DNA of 48,292 bases from Phycisphaerae bacterium (GTDB lineage: Bacteria > Planctomycetota > Phycisphaerae > SM23-33), in contig JBKHHU010000002.1 in NCBI GenBank assembly GCA_046539045.1, forward strand, positions 1 to 48,292, given 5' to 3'. Each line of letters begins with the position of its first letter. Position 1 is the first letter of the stretch. Below are positions 47,139 through 48,292 of this stretch, in pieces. The position numbers and the translations under genes were made by a program. The notes under the pieces are model-generated. The model did no database searches and was not told where the DNA came from. It saw only the letters and a list, made by a program, of their open reading frames with translations.

Positions 47139-48023
47139 TCAGCCGGTCCGTCTGTCCACGGCAGCTCGTACGGCAGCGATGTGTTCCGGGGTGGTCCCGC
47201 AGCATCCGCCGATGAAATTGGCCCCGGCGTCGATCAGCCGGTCCACATGTTCAGCGTATTGGTCCGGTCCCAGAGGGAAGACTGTCTTGCGGTTGACGAT
47301 CTGCGGCATACCGGCATTGGCTTTGATCCAGATCGGCAGGTCGGTCGCGTCGCGGAGCATCCTGGCCACCTTCGTGTAGTTCTCCGGGCCCACTCCGCAG
47401 TTGGCGCCCACACCGTCTGCCCCAAACTTGTTTGCCATCTTCGCAAGATCGGCCGGCTTGTTCCCCATCATCGTGGCGGTCTGGTCCGGGCCGGAAGAGA
47501 ACGTCATCGAGACGATCACCGGCAGCGATGTGTGCTGCTTCACCGCCTTCAACGCAATGCGGGCTTCATCCAGTTCATTGAACGTCTCCAGCACGATCGC
47601 GTCCACACCACCCCATTCCAATGCTTCTGCCGACTCGACAAACGCCTGGGCCAGCGCCTCTTCTGAGACTTCGCCCATCATGACGATCTGTCCGGTGGGG
47701 CCGACGGATCCGAAGACCTTGCTGCCGGTTCCTTCTGCAGCGCGTTTGCTGATGGCGGCGCCCTTTTCGCACAGTTCGGAAACCCGATCCGCGGCTCCAT
47801 GCTGATCCAGTACGTATCTGTTGCCGCCAAACGTGTTGGTCAGGATTACATCGCTCCCTGCCTCGGCGTAGCTGCGGGCGACAACCTCAACCGACGCCGG
47901 GTTCAGATCATTCCACAGTTCGGGGCATCCGCCGGCGGGCAACCCTTTCTTCTGCAGTTCGGTTCCCCAGGCGCCGTCGCTGATCCGGACCGTCGCTGCA
48001 AATCTCTTCACATCGAATGGCAT
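47139..48023 (-). CDS. Homocysteine S-methyltransferase domain protein
   Basis: Start ATG 48023 follows GAGGAAA. Blocks: DGAWGTELQKKGL, ILTNTFGGN, GANCGVGPE and zinc-site GGCCGTTPEHI. Confidence 0.85.
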   Translation of the reverse strand: MPFDVKRFAATVRISDGAWGTELQKKGLPAGGCPELWNDLNPASVEVVARSYAEAGSDVILTNTFGGNRYVLDQHGAADRVSELCEKGAAISKRAAEGTGSKVFGSVGPTGQIVMMGEVSEEALAQAFVESAEALEWGGVDAIVLETFNELDEARIALKAVKQHTSLPVIVSMTFSSGPDQTATMMGNKPADLAKMANKFGADGVGANCGVGPENYTKVARMLRDATDLPIWIKANAGMPQIVNRKTVFPLGPDQYAEHVDRLIDAGANFIGGCCGTTPEHIAAVRAAVDRRTG

Positions 48024-48082
48024 GGTTTTTCCTCTACTGTGGGGTAACGGGAGGGCAGTTGTACCCGCCGACACCCGCAAGT

Positions 48083-48292
48083 TCAATCCGGTTGCGAGTC
48101 CGGCTGGGGTGCCGAGGTTGTCGACGGCTGAGCCGACCGGGCCGCGTATTTGTCGATCATATCCTGCAGTCGCTTCTGGCCCGGCTGAAGACGCAGACCC
48201 TCTTTCCAGGCTCGGACCGCCCGTTGGAGTGCCTGTCTGCCGCTACCGGTCTGGTAGAGCGCGAAATGAATATCGCCCAGGCGGGCCGCGAT
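48083..48292 (-). CDS. 3' end of a gene truncated by the window edge (TPR-like C-terminus)
   Basis: Open minus-strand frame from the window edge to TGA at 48083-48085: IAARLGDIHFALYQTGSGRQALQRAVRAWKEGLRLQPGQKRLQDMIDKYAARS... It is not in the ORF track because no start codon lies in the window. Confidence 0.35.
   Translation of the reverse strand: MAARLGDIHFALYQTGSGRQALQRAVRAWKEGLRLQPGQKRLQDMIDKYAARSAQPSTTSAPQPDSQPD

Overview
GC-rich bacterial chromosome segment. The gene content resembles Planctomycetota/PVC, but that is inference only. I recognised no rRNA, tRNA, CRISPR array or intact IS element. Layout from left to right: (1) 1-1164 is a decayed stretch with short fragments of a type I restriction R subunit and a nuclease-like gene. 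(2) 1165-12700 is a nitrogen-assimilation island. It holds a GAF-domain sigma-54 activator (NifA-like, no receiver domain), then amt-glnK plus a beta-barrel outer-membrane gene, then a second amt-glnK pair whose amt carries one in-frame TGA, then glutamine synthetase type I and type III. Three sigma-54 type promoters (TGGCAC-N5-xTGC) are visible. Each has ACA-N4-TGT palindromes about 88-90 bp upstream. (3) 12745-14784 encodes a large VanZ-like membrane protein. (4) 14716-34584 is a ~20 kb exopolysaccharide locus, mostly on the minus strand. It contains a priming sugar transferase, a Wza-like exporter, a Wzz-like protein, an ExeA-like ATPase, a BY-kinase, six glycosyltransferases and a Wzy/O-antigen-ligase-like polymerase. 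An unusual tailoring block follows: ATP-grasp ligase, deacetylase-like protein, PaaK-like adenylating enzyme, CapA-like protein and FemAB-like protein. (5) 34585-35560 is a ~1 kb non-coding scar with a 13-bp perfect hairpin and an ~80-codon acetolactate synthase remnant. (6) 35561-48292 carries housekeeping and sugar genes: Gfo/Idh/MocA oxidoreductase, cupin, six-hairpin glycosidase-like protein, lipoprotein, guaB, coaE, rho with a lysine-rich N-terminal extension, HAD hydrolase, GNAT and homocysteine S-methyltransferase. This block is interrupted just after the rho terminator by a visibly AT-richer two-gene cassette. The cassette is an ABC/AAA_21-type ATPase plus a frameshifted TOPRIM/DUF4276-like gene, and it resembles two-gene OLD/PARIS/AbiL-type defence modules. 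All family assignments come from motif recognition by eye and need HMM/BLAST confirmation.
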